A stretch of DNA of 64,000 bases from an uncultured Candidatus Saccharibacteria bacterium (lineage in GTDB: Bacteria > Patescibacteriota > Minisyncoccia > Phycocordibacterales > PCTT01), in contig CAZMIM010000001.1 in NCBI GenBank assembly GCA_964566505.1, positions 65,140 through 129,139 of the forward strand, given 5' to 3'. Each line of letters opens with the position of its first letter. The first letter of the stretch is position 1. The notes beneath the pieces were generated by a model. It had not been told where the DNA came from and searched no databases. It was given only the letters and a program-made list of their open reading frames with translations. The translations under genes and the position numbers were made by a program. Below are positions 39,499 to 47,508 of this stretch, piece by piece.

Positions 39499-39543
39499 AA
39501 AAAGGCCCTCCAAGTAGTGTTGTAAACACTGCCTGGAGGGCCA
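39499..39543 (-). terminator. Intrinsic terminator of the ABC/OmpA operon
   Basis: GGCCCTCCAGGCAGTGTT-TAC-AACACTACTTGGAGGGCC-TTTTT on the minus strand. Confidence 0.8.
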
Positions 39544-39563
39544 AATGAAAAAGAACAATGAGA

Positions 39564-40499
39564 TCAAAGACGTGGGAACAAATCGAACTCGATATAGTCC
39601 GCCATTTCTTTAAACTCTGGTGTAAGGTGCACATCAGGAACCCATGCAATCCCCTTGTCGATGAGGTTTATTTCCTCAACAACTCGAGCGCCGGGAATGA
39701 GTGATCCATCTTCTGAATCACGCTCATGCCCCATAATGAGCAGTATGTCACACAGCCTAAGCATTGGTGACACGTCATGAGATATAACGAATATCGTATT
39801 ATGTGTATCGAGATTCGAAACCTCCCTGATGATTTCTACAGCCTTCGTGCGCGACAATGGATCAAGGTTGGCAAATGGTTCATCCATCACCATTACAAGA
39901 TCTTCACCGTGCGCAAGAATTTGCTGAAGAATTGCGGCTCTCTGTCTCTGTCCACCTGACAATTCTGCAGGATACATCTGAGTTGTGGAGCCGATTCCAA
40001 ATCGATCCATATAACTCAAAGCATCATTTTTTACAGCTGCACGAGCTCTTTTGTTGAATGATGCACGCTTAAACGGATTATATAATCCGGATACACGACT
40101 TCTCATTCGTTTTGCTCTTTGCATACCTGCGACAACTAAGTTGTCCAGAACTGTTCTGTGGTCAAACATCGGATATTGCTGTAAAACGAAACCTACTCGG
40201 CCTCGCTTGAGTGGAACATGGTCTGGACCATACGTTATGGAGCCAGAGTCATACCCAGTCAGACCAGCAACACGACGCATCATTTGAGTCTTACCTACAC
40301 CCGAAGGAGCAAGTATTCCTACAATCTGACCCTCTATCCGATTGTGACGTTCGATGTTTCTCACTTGGAAACTAGCGTCTCGCAAAACACTCTCGCCTCT
40401 ATAGCTGACATTGAGCCCTTCTACAGTGATGACAGGTTCTGCAAAGCGATATTTCCTCCCCTCATTTCCAAGGGGATATTGATTGACGTTCATAGTCAT
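39564..40499 (-). CDS. ABC transporter ATP-binding protein (NitT/TauT type)
   Basis: APSGVGKT, LSGGQRQR, MDEPFANLD, ISHD; TAATG coupling to the permease. Confidence 0.9.
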   Translation of the reverse strand: MTMNVNQYPLGNEGRKYRFAEPVITVEGLNVSYRGESVLRDASFQVRNIERHNRIEGQIVGILAPSGVGKTQMMRRVAGLTGYDSGSITYGPDHVPLKRGRVGFVLQQYPMFDHRTVLDNLVVAGMQRAKRMRSRVSGLYNPFKRASFNKRARAAVKNDALSYMDRFGIGSTTQMYPAELSGGQRQRAAILQQILAHGEDLVMVMDEPFANLDPLSRTKAVEIIREVSNLDTHNTIFVISHDVSPMLRLCDILLIMGHERDSEDGSLIPGARVVEEINLIDKGIAWVPDVHLTPEFKEMADYIEFDLFPRL

Positions 40500-41323
40500 T
40501 ACCCCTTGAGCTTGAGAGTTGACCATCTGAAGCCTTTGGTTCGAATCTTTCCCCATAGATAATCAAAAAGAAGTCCTGCAAACAAAAGCAAAAACATGAT
40601 GGCAAACAAATTTGAAAGCTTCATGAACTTGTCTTCGATTGAGACAAGAACCCCTACTCCACCGCCACTGAGAACCAGTTTTTCTACTGATGTGAGCATT
40701 GCCCAACCAAATCCAAATACGGCACCAAAATTGGTAAGCGCAAGAGGAAATGTACCCAGAATAACGACTTCATAGAGAACTCTCCATTCACTCATTCCTA
40801 GAGTGTATGCGTGTTCATACAAATACTGAAACTGCTCGTCCACAACTCCATTCATTCCGTGTATGAAAAATACACTCAAAATGAAAGTCATGATAGAGAT
40901 TTTCAGTGACTCACTCCCCCCAAATTCAGTCATGAATATGAGGAGAAGAATTGCTATTGGTATGAAACGAAGAAGTGCGACAATCCTGCTTATAGGCCTG
41001 AATGCCGCAAGTCCTCTCAAGTACACAATGGAGAGCGAAAGGATGAAAGATATCACTGAAGATATGAACATGAGCTTGAAACTTTTTAAAAGATCCCATG
41101 CGAGACCTTTTTGAGTCCACAACTCAATTAGTCCATACCAAACGTCCAAAGGACGTGGGATTATTTGTGCCGCACCAAATACCCACCACAAACCAATCGC
41201 AAGAGCATACGAGAATGTAATACTCCATTCAACAGGTTTGGGTAAATCTTGGTTTGGAACAAACAACATCTTCAGAAGAGATATCACCCGATCAACAATC
41301 ACGGTTTTTTGCGGTTTTTTCAT
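40499..41323 (-). CDS. ABC transporter permease (NitT/TauT type)
   Basis: About 6 TM helices, EAA-like YEHAYTLGMSEW loop, AAGGAG SD before MKKPQK. Confidence 0.88.
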   Translation of the reverse strand: MKKPQKTVIVDRVISLLKMLFVPNQDLPKPVEWSITFSYALAIGLWWVFGAAQIIPRPLDVWYGLIELWTQKGLAWDLLKSFKLMFISSVISFILSLSIVYLRGLAAFRPISRIVALLRFIPIAILLLIFMTEFGGSESLKISIMTFILSVFFIHGMNGVVDEQFQYLYEHAYTLGMSEWRVLYEVVILGTFPLALTNFGAVFGFGWAMLTSVEKLVLSGGGVGVLVSIEDKFMKLSNLFAIMFLLLFAGLLFDYLWGKIRTKGFRWSTLKLKG

Positions 41324-41343
41324 AACCACTCTCTCCTTTGAAT

Positions 41344-41380
41344 AAGGGCCCGACTCGACTAATGTCTGAGTCGGGCCCTT
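41344..41380. terminator. Intra-operon hairpin
   Basis: AAGGGCCCGACTC...GAGTCGGGCCCTT between the SBP-OmpA gene and the permease. Confidence 0.65.
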
Positions 41381-41407
41381 GGTTAAAAAGAACAAACGAC
41401 AGACAGG

Positions 41408-43291
41408 CTAGTTACCAATCCTGATTTCCACCCGACGATTCTTCGCCCGATTTTCAGCAGTGTTGTTATTGGCATTCGGATCAACCGGTTGCCTTTGGCC
41501 CATACCCGCAACACGAGTACGAGTAGTGTTGAAGTTCACTGGATCCTTGGTGTAGAACCACGCTTGGATAGTCTGCGCACGGCGCAGTGCCAAGCCGTCG
41601 TTAAATGCGGGATCACCAGTGTTGTCGGTATGTCCGACAAACTCAATCAAGTAACTCTGGTTCAAGCTCGTGAGCTGCTGATACAACCCATCGAGAACCG
41701 GAATCGATTCGGGCGCGAGCTCAGCGCTCCCAGACCGAAATTTGATTGAATCAAAATCACCACTCGCGCGAACGTTGGTAATGGCGGCATTCGGGTCATA
41801 ACTGCGCGACAACTTGACCGCAAGGTCAGGTCGTCGGTTTGCTACAGCTTCCAAATATCGTGTATTAACAGCTTCACTGTAAGGCACGTATTCTCCGTAT
41901 TCATTCGGATAGTTAAGTGCCAACACGTCACCATAACGTTCGTATGTGTTTTTATACAAACTCACGTTGTATCCAACACCAAAGAGCTCAAGCGTATGTG
42001 CAAGCGAGTGAACCTGTGATCCACCAACCGACACATTTTGACTCAATCGAGAATCAAAGATTTCTGTGCCTGTGTGCATTTCTGCCCAATAAGCACCGTC
42101 CTTCTGCTTGAGAACTTTTGCAGTAACTTCACTTGCCTCGAGCAAAGCTTCGCTGTTTGTTAGAACCTGATCGTTTGCTTCCGAAGAAGCTTCAATAATA
42201 GCTTCAATAACACCTGGGTTATCTCTCGCCCATCCACGATGCACAAGCAAAATGCTCGGCATCTGACCAGGATTGTCTCTTGTAGACCACATAGTCACCA
42301 CACCTCCACGCTGTTCAACAACGTTACGGTCTTCCGGTGTCCATACGGATACAGAGTCAACACAAACAGTCCGACGTTCTCCCGTCAACTCTGCTTCACC
42401 GGCAGAATTAACAGTTACAATCGGGCGCTCTTCGCAACGCTCCGAGACATAAGCCTTCGTAGCGTCAGAGTTTGAAGTTGTGGCATAGAAGTTGATACAA
42501 TCCGGATTGTATGTTTCAGGATCCGGGTTGATACAAACCCCATTGAGACTTGCCCAATCTACAACAATATTCTGATCATCGTCCATGATCACAGTTGCGG
42601 TGAGGAGGCCTCGCGCATTCCGTGAATCACGTAATACTTCAGGAGGAGCCATGAACTGATCTTCGCCATAGCTCCGTCCAAAAGAATGGACAATATCAAA
42701 ATTGTTTTCTTCAGGAAGTCTCTCAACTCCACCTGCGATTGCGGTTGTGTAGAAGGTTCCTCCTCCACCCATCACAACAATCGCAGCCGCTCCTTCGGTT
42801 GGATACATATCACCTTCGGCATAACGCTGAGCAAACAATACTGCGTTCTTGATCATCTGCGGTACATCATCAAGTACCTTGACTTCAAGACGAATATTGT
42901 CAGCACGGTTACGGCGAAGTGCCTGCTCCATCAAACTTCCACGAGCGGTAATAGCACCGCCATCACGTGATTCCTGGGCAGCACCATTGGCTGCAAAGAA
43001 GCCCTTCTGAGCCCCCCACGGAATCACCTCGATAGGCATTGTGTAATCTGCGCTCATGGGAGTAGTGCCTGTCCACAAAGAACGAGGTTCTACGGTATAA
43101 GGCACCGTGCTCACATCCTGGTTAATAACCTGGACTTCTTCATGAACACGGGAAGCCGCACGATTCTTCTCAGGCAACATCGACTTGGCAAAGCCAAGAA
43201 TGCTGTCACCAAAGAAAAAAGTGACGGCGACCAAAACCAGCAGTCCAAGGACTACTTTGGTTTTGGTAGGAATATCAACAGTGGTAGACAT
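41408..43291 (-). CDS. Membrane-anchored substrate-binding protein (SsuA/NMT1-like) fused to an OmpA-like peptidoglycan-binding domain
   Basis: N-terminal TM; GRSYGED, VSVWTPED; C-terminal F.SGSA.L...GHTDNTG..FN..LA.RRA...NRAKNRRVEI; AGAGGA SD. Confidence 0.85.
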   Translation of the reverse strand: MSTTVDIPTKTKVVLGLLVLVAVTFFFGDSILGFAKSMLPEKNRAASRVHEEVQVINQDVSTVPYTVEPRSLWTGTTPMSADYTMPIEVIPWGAQKGFFAANGAAQESRDGGAITARGSLMEQALRRNRADNIRLEVKVLDDVPQMIKNAVLFAQRYAEGDMYPTEGAAAIVVMGGGGTFYTTAIAGGVERLPEENNFDIVHSFGRSYGEDQFMAPPEVLRDSRNARGLLTATVIMDDDQNIVVDWASLNGVCINPDPETYNPDCINFYATTSNSDATKAYVSERCEERPIVTVNSAGEAELTGERRTVCVDSVSVWTPEDRNVVEQRGGVVTMWSTRDNPGQMPSILLVHRGWARDNPGVIEAIIEASSEANDQVLTNSEALLEASEVTAKVLKQKDGAYWAEMHTGTEIFDSRLSQNVSVGGSQVHSLAHTLELFGVGYNVSLYKNTYERYGDVLALNYPNEYGEYVPYSEAVNTRYLEAVANRRPDLAVKLSRSYDPNAAITNVRASGDFDSIKFRSGSAELAPESIPVLDGLYQQLTSLNQSYLIEFVGHTDNTGDPAFNDGLALRRAQTIQAWFYTKDPVNFNTTRTRVAGMGQRQPVDPNANNNTAENRAKNRRVEIRIGN

Positions 43292-43337
43292 GTGAGTGTC
43301 CTCTTGTTTCGTGTGTGTTTCGTGTGTGCGACGTATA

Positions 43338-44432
43338 TCAGTCAAGGTGCTTTAGGTATTTACTACCCCCTTGACGATTACGCCCCTTGTTTTGGGTTTT
43401 CTGTTCATCAACATCATCAGGAAGAGGGATTTCAATCACTCCTCTAGAGGATTTGTCGATGGATATTGCTTTTTTCCCTTCTCCTCTTGCGATATCTGGA
43501 ATTTCCAGACCTGAATCCATCAGCATAGCAATCAAGGACGGGTCATCGTATGACATTGGGTTTTCAGCATTACCGAACCCTACGATAACCTTTTCTTGAA
43601 TACCAATGAGAGCTTCGATTTTTGCCGCATCAGCTTTAAATTGCTGAAACGCCATGTCCTCGGTAGCCATCAAAGACTGATTTTCACCCAGAGTATCAAG
43701 ATCGGGGTCTAATGATAATTCCCCAACGATGTCTTGAATTACGTCTTGTACCTCACCAGTGGTTTTTAAGCCACTAGCAGTTACCTTAAGTCCTTCAAGA
43801 GATACTTCTGTGTGAGTTTCGAGATGCTTGAGAAGGAGAAGCATATTTTCAATCTCCTCTTTTTTCTCCTCAAACCCACGAATAGATTCAACACGCGGCT
43901 GAAGTCGCCTTTTCAGGCTTTTGAGAACACTAGGATTAGCTTTTTCTTGCTTCTCCATTTCAGTCTTCAGTTCAAGGTATACCTCGTCCCGAACACTAAT
44001 GTCCTCCTTCAGCCTTGTGTTTACTTTTGTGAGAGCAACCTCCTCCAAACGACGAATACCTGAAGTGATTTTACGAAGTCGCTTTTCGTGCGCCTCAATA
44101 ATTTCATCAGGTGTTCTATTTGGTGTTGGTTTTTCTACAACTTCTTCCTCAGTAAGACCAGCGATTTTGCGAACAAACTGTAGATACAGCATCGCAAAAT
44201 GAGTCAGTGCATCTTGTGCACTGCCATGTTGTTCGCTTGTTCTCTGAAAGAAGTAGGTTGCAAGTGCAACAAGTAGGGTCAAAACTCCAGCGATCTGAAA
44301 CCCGGAAAGGCTCGCAACAAGAACCCAGAGTATCTGGATCATTACGAGCGGGAAAAGAATAGCAACACTGATCCCAACGTTTCGCTCCCGCTTATCACGA
44401 AAGACCCGCCGACGATCTTTTTTGCTACTCAT
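43338..44432 (-). CDS. Two-TM coiled-coil protein, PspA-like (tentative)
   Basis: Two N-terminal TM helices followed by long heptad helices; GGAGGA SD before MSSKKD. Confidence 0.6.
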   Translation of the reverse strand: MSSKKDRRRVFRDKRERNVGISVAILFPLVMIQILWVLVASLSGFQIAGVLTLLVALATYFFQRTSEQHGSAQDALTHFAMLYLQFVRKIAGLTEEEVVEKPTPNRTPDEIIEAHEKRLRKITSGIRRLEEVALTKVNTRLKEDISVRDEVYLELKTEMEKQEKANPSVLKSLKRRLQPRVESIRGFEEKKEEIENMLLLLKHLETHTEVSLEGLKVTASGLKTTGEVQDVIQDIVGELSLDPDLDTLGENQSLMATEDMAFQQFKADAAKIEALIGIQEKVIVGFGNAENPMSYDDPSLIAMLMDSGLEIPDIARGEGKKAISIDKSSRGVIEIPLPDDVDEQKTQNKGRNRQGGSKYLKHLD

Positions 44433-44433
44433 A

Positions 44434-45270
44434 TTATTCCTCCGAATTTCCGAGGTTGAAGTCCGACTCAATCTCGTTTATACGAGCAGCCATGAGCTTT
44501 GCAGCTGCTTGGAATTGCATGCTCGTATTTACGGTATCAGCCTGGCGTAAAGAAAGTTCATCTTCGAGCTCAGGTAGCCCAGCGTCAATTTGTGACGCTT
44601 CAGCAACCAACTTTTCGGATGTTTTTTTCGCCTCATCAATCAAGCGCTTGGCTTCAGCTTCTGCCTCTGCCACAACCTCTTGCGCCCTGAGGCGCTTCGA
44701 TGACGCGTCTTCCTTTGCTCTTGCAATAGCTCGTTCCGCTTCTGCTTCACGTTTTGCAAGCGCTTTCAGTGCCTCATCACCAAAAAGAGACTTTTCTTGA
44801 TCCAAGCGCGCACGATGTGCGCCAAGATCTTCTGCAAGCTCCTTTTTGCCAATGTTTCGTTTTGCAAGCATCTTCATTACCAAGGCAACGAGTGCTTCTG
44901 GTCCAGCAGCAAGCTCTGCGAACTCCTTTTGCACATCAAGCAGTTGCTCGACAGGCGTTGGTGGAGTAGCGGGGTCAGATTCAAAAACAGTCTCCGCCAG
45001 ACTAACCAGCAAAGGATTGTTTTCGAGAACATTCCCCGCACCTTCAGCAAGCTCTGCATGTGTCTGTGTCAAAACTTCATCAGAAGAAGACGAGTCCACA
45101 CTCGGTGCTTTGTGCTGAAGATCTCGCAGTATCTGCTCAACCTCATCAGCTGCCGAAGAGGACTCTCCTCCAGCGGCATCTGGCTCCAGATTAGAACTTT
45201 CGTTCTCTCTGATAATAGTCGGTCCCCATCCTTCAGTGAGGAAAGAGACAAACTTGCTTTTTGGTGCCAT
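44434..45270 (-). CDS. Acidic helical/coiled-coil hypothetical protein, first gene of the operon
   Basis: 278-aa ORF abutting the next gene. Confidence 0.7.
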   Translation of the reverse strand: MAPKSKFVSFLTEGWGPTIIRENESSNLEPDAAGGESSSAADEVEQILRDLQHKAPSVDSSSSDEVLTQTHAELAEGAGNVLENNPLLVSLAETVFESDPATPPTPVEQLLDVQKEFAELAAGPEALVALVMKMLAKRNIGKKELAEDLGAHRARLDQEKSLFGDEALKALAKREAEAERAIARAKEDASSKRLRAQEVVAEAEAEAKRLIDEAKKTSEKLVAEASQIDAGLPELEDELSLRQADTVNTSMQFQAAAKLMAARINEIESDFNLGNSEE

Positions 45271-45364
45271 TTCGATTTTGCGTTTGTGTTAAGTATTGCA
45301 CGAAAAAGTTTTCCGTAAGGTACTTAACTGTTTCGTGTGTGCTCAGTTCTCAATATTTAGAAGA

Positions 45365-45682
45365 CTAATCTTCATCAAATCTGAGATTTCTAGCACGATG
45401 TGCAGTCCAACCCTCCTTTCTTCTTTCAAATTGGGAGAGTACAACGAAACTTTTCTTTTCAGGCAACGGGGTTTTTTCATCATCAGGAAACCATTCCGAC
45501 GAAAGAAACGTGAGAGAACCGAGATGATTTAGGCTTGAATCTTCAGGCCAACAAACAAATCGTTTCTGTTCACCATCTTTTCCGTGAGGAAAAATATCTC
45601 CAATAACTGCTATTACCTCGTTACACGGAATTTCGTTGCTCTGCACATCATTAGCAGTACTTCTGCTAGCTTTATGCATCAC
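45365..45682 (-). CDS. Hypothetical protein
   Basis: 105-aa ORF co-oriented with the operon; upstream TTGACA boxes. Confidence 0.5.
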   Translation of the reverse strand: MMHKASRSTANDVQSNEIPCNEVIAVIGDIFPHGKDGEQKRFVCWPEDSSLNHLGSLTFLSSEWFPDDEKTPLPEKKSFVVLSQFERRKEGWTAHRARNLRFDED

Positions 45683-45910
45683 ATTAGTCCGTGGATTTTA
45701 GTGAAAAGTTTTGTGAAAGATTTTTTTAGGTTCAATATCCTCCTTTTTGTCAATAAACAAAAAACTAGTTATGTGATTGTCAATGAGCATCTTGATTTCT
45801 GAGTTTACAAGAACACAGAAAAAGATATTCGCGACAGTCTAACATAATAAAGTTGATATGTCAATATATGTGTGCTATAATACAGATAGAACAAAACAAC
45901 GGTGCTCCTT

Positions 45911-46144
45911 ATGGAAATCATCTTCGGATTTGCAGTTCAGATACTCACCCTATGGCTTGCGATTTTTGCTATCTTTCTGTCGTTTCGCAAACATCAGTGG
46001 TTTCTGAATCAACACAAAAGATTCTTCAGATACCTCATGAGACGCTTTGGCACTTTCTTCAGAAAGCACCGAGCCATCATTCTAGCCTTCATTGCAGGAA
46101 TCATTTTTACCCTCTGGGTAATCCAAAACACCAACGTGCTTTAG
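45911..46144 (+). CDS. Small two-TM protein with a basic loop
   Basis: Hydrophobic-basic-hydrophobic pattern; TATAAT upstream; terminator hairpin at its 3' end. Confidence 0.6.
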   Translation: MEIIFGFAVQILTLWLAIFAIFLSFRKHQWFLNQHKRFFRYLMRRFGTFFRKHRAIILAFIAGIIFTLWVIQNTNVL

Positions 46145-46164
46145 TACGTTGGTGTTTTCTCTTA

Positions 46165-46191
46165 GTTTGGGAGAGTCAGACTCTCCCAAAC
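46165..46191. repeat. Family 1 palindrome
   Basis: GTTTGGGAGAGTCAGACTCTCCCAAAC. Confidence 0.9.
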
Positions 46192-46274
46192 TACTTCCCT
46201 TTTTAATATAAATAGGTGTATTCTATATATAGACGCACTCGCACAATCCATTCACTAAATACGTGAGGTATCTT

Positions 46275-46934
46275 ATGGCACTCAAGAAGTCGCCAAAAGC
46301 CGACCTTAAAAAACGTTATCCGCTTTTTCTGGAAATCGGCATAGTGTTCACTCTCGGTATCCTTATTGTTGCGTTTCGACTCGACATGAGTGCTGAGAAC
46401 GATTTCAACATCGACCTTCCTGATCAGGAAGTGGTTCAGATGGAAGAAATCACCCAAACAGAACAGGTACAGAAGCCACCGCCCCCGCCACGTCCGCCAG
46501 TACCTGTAGAGGTTCCCAATGACGAGGTGCTCGATGAAATCGAGATTGACCTGGGTGATATCTTTGACCTTGATGAAGAACTACCGCTTCCGCCCCCTCC
46601 TCCACCCGCAGTGGAAGAAGAGGAAGAAGAGCCGGAAATCTTTGTCATCGTCGAGCAAATGCCCGAACTGATTGGAGGTCTTGCAGAACTCCAAAAAAAG
46701 ATTACCTATCCAGAAATCGCCAAAAAAGCTGGCGTGGAAGGTCGGGTATATCTTCAGTTTGTGGTAGATGAACAAGGCAATGTCCAAGACCCTGTGGTTA
46801 CTCGTGGCATCGGTGCAGGATGTGATGAAGAAGCAATCAAGGCAATCCTGACTGCAAAGTTCAAACCGGGCATACAGAGAGGAAAGGCCGTTAAGGTCAA
46901 ATACAGCCTTCCTATCACCTTCAAGCTCAAGTAG
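46275..46934 (+). CDS. tonB: Energy transducer TonB
   Basis: N-terminal TM, Pro/Glu-rich linker, YPEIAKKAGVEGRVYLQFVVD..G.V...FKPG.QRGK.V.V. Confidence 0.92.
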   Translation: MALKKSPKADLKKRYPLFLEIGIVFTLGILIVAFRLDMSAENDFNIDLPDQEVVQMEEITQTEQVQKPPPPPRPPVPVEVPNDEVLDEIEIDLGDIFDLDEELPLPPPPPPAVEEEEEEPEIFVIVEQMPELIGGLAELQKKITYPEIAKKAGVEGRVYLQFVVDEQGNVQDPVVTRGIGAGCDEEAIKAILTAKFKPGIQRGKAVKVKYSLPITFKLK

Positions 46935-46959
46935 CAGGAGCTACTCCACTCTCACAATC

Positions 46960-46992
46960 AAACGGCTCAGGAGTTCAAAACCTGAGCCGTTT
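46960..46992. repeat. Family 2 hairpin, terminator of tonB
   Basis: AAACGGCTCAGG...CCTGAGCCGTTT followed by a T-run. Confidence 0.8.
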
Positions 46993-47019
46993 TTTGTTTT
47001 TCTAATTTTAAACCCTAGA

Positions 47020-47076
47020 GTTTGGGAAGGTCTGACCTTCCCAAACTAAGAGTGTGAGAGTCAGACTCTCCCAACC
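47020..47076. repeat. Two adjacent family 1 palindromes (one inverted, one degenerate)
   Basis: GTTTGGGAAGGTCTGACCTTCCCAAAC and GAGAGTCAGACTCTCCCAACC. Confidence 0.85.
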
Positions 47077-47077
47077 T

Positions 47078-47482
47078 TTATTTGTTTCGGATTGAGGAGA
47101 TTGTAATGATTATCAAGCTGATGATTACATAAAGACCAAAAAGCCAATGAGTGAAGTGATATCTGTCTGGACCAAAGAATGCACCGCTCCATGAGTCTCC
47201 CCAACCAAGTATAAAAATATATACAAGAGGCACATGCCAAAGCGCAAATCGTGCCCAAGCTTTAAGAACAGCTAATTTTCGGGTGTATAAAATTAGTGAG
47301 ATAAATATTAAATATAAGGAAGAGTAAAATAAAACCCAACCAGGTTCATTCCACAATTTTAAACAATCTCTATTGTCTATACTGCAAATACCAAAAGAAA
47401 CTGAGTTGGATAATAAATATCCAATAATCAAAATTGCAAAAGAAAATATAAAAATATTTCTCCTTAAGGTTTGTACATTCAT
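47078..47482 (-). CDS. Four-TM hypothetical protein
   Basis: Four hydrophobic helices, AT-rich coding sequence. Confidence 0.7.
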   Translation of the reverse strand: MNVQTLRRNIFIFSFAILIIGYLLSNSVSFGICSIDNRDCLKLWNEPGWVLFYSSLYLIFISLILYTRKLAVLKAWARFALWHVPLVYIFILGWGDSWSGAFFGPDRYHFTHWLFGLYVIISLIIITISSIRNK

Positions 47483-47508
47483 ATGTTTATTTTAAAAGAA
47501 AAAAACTA

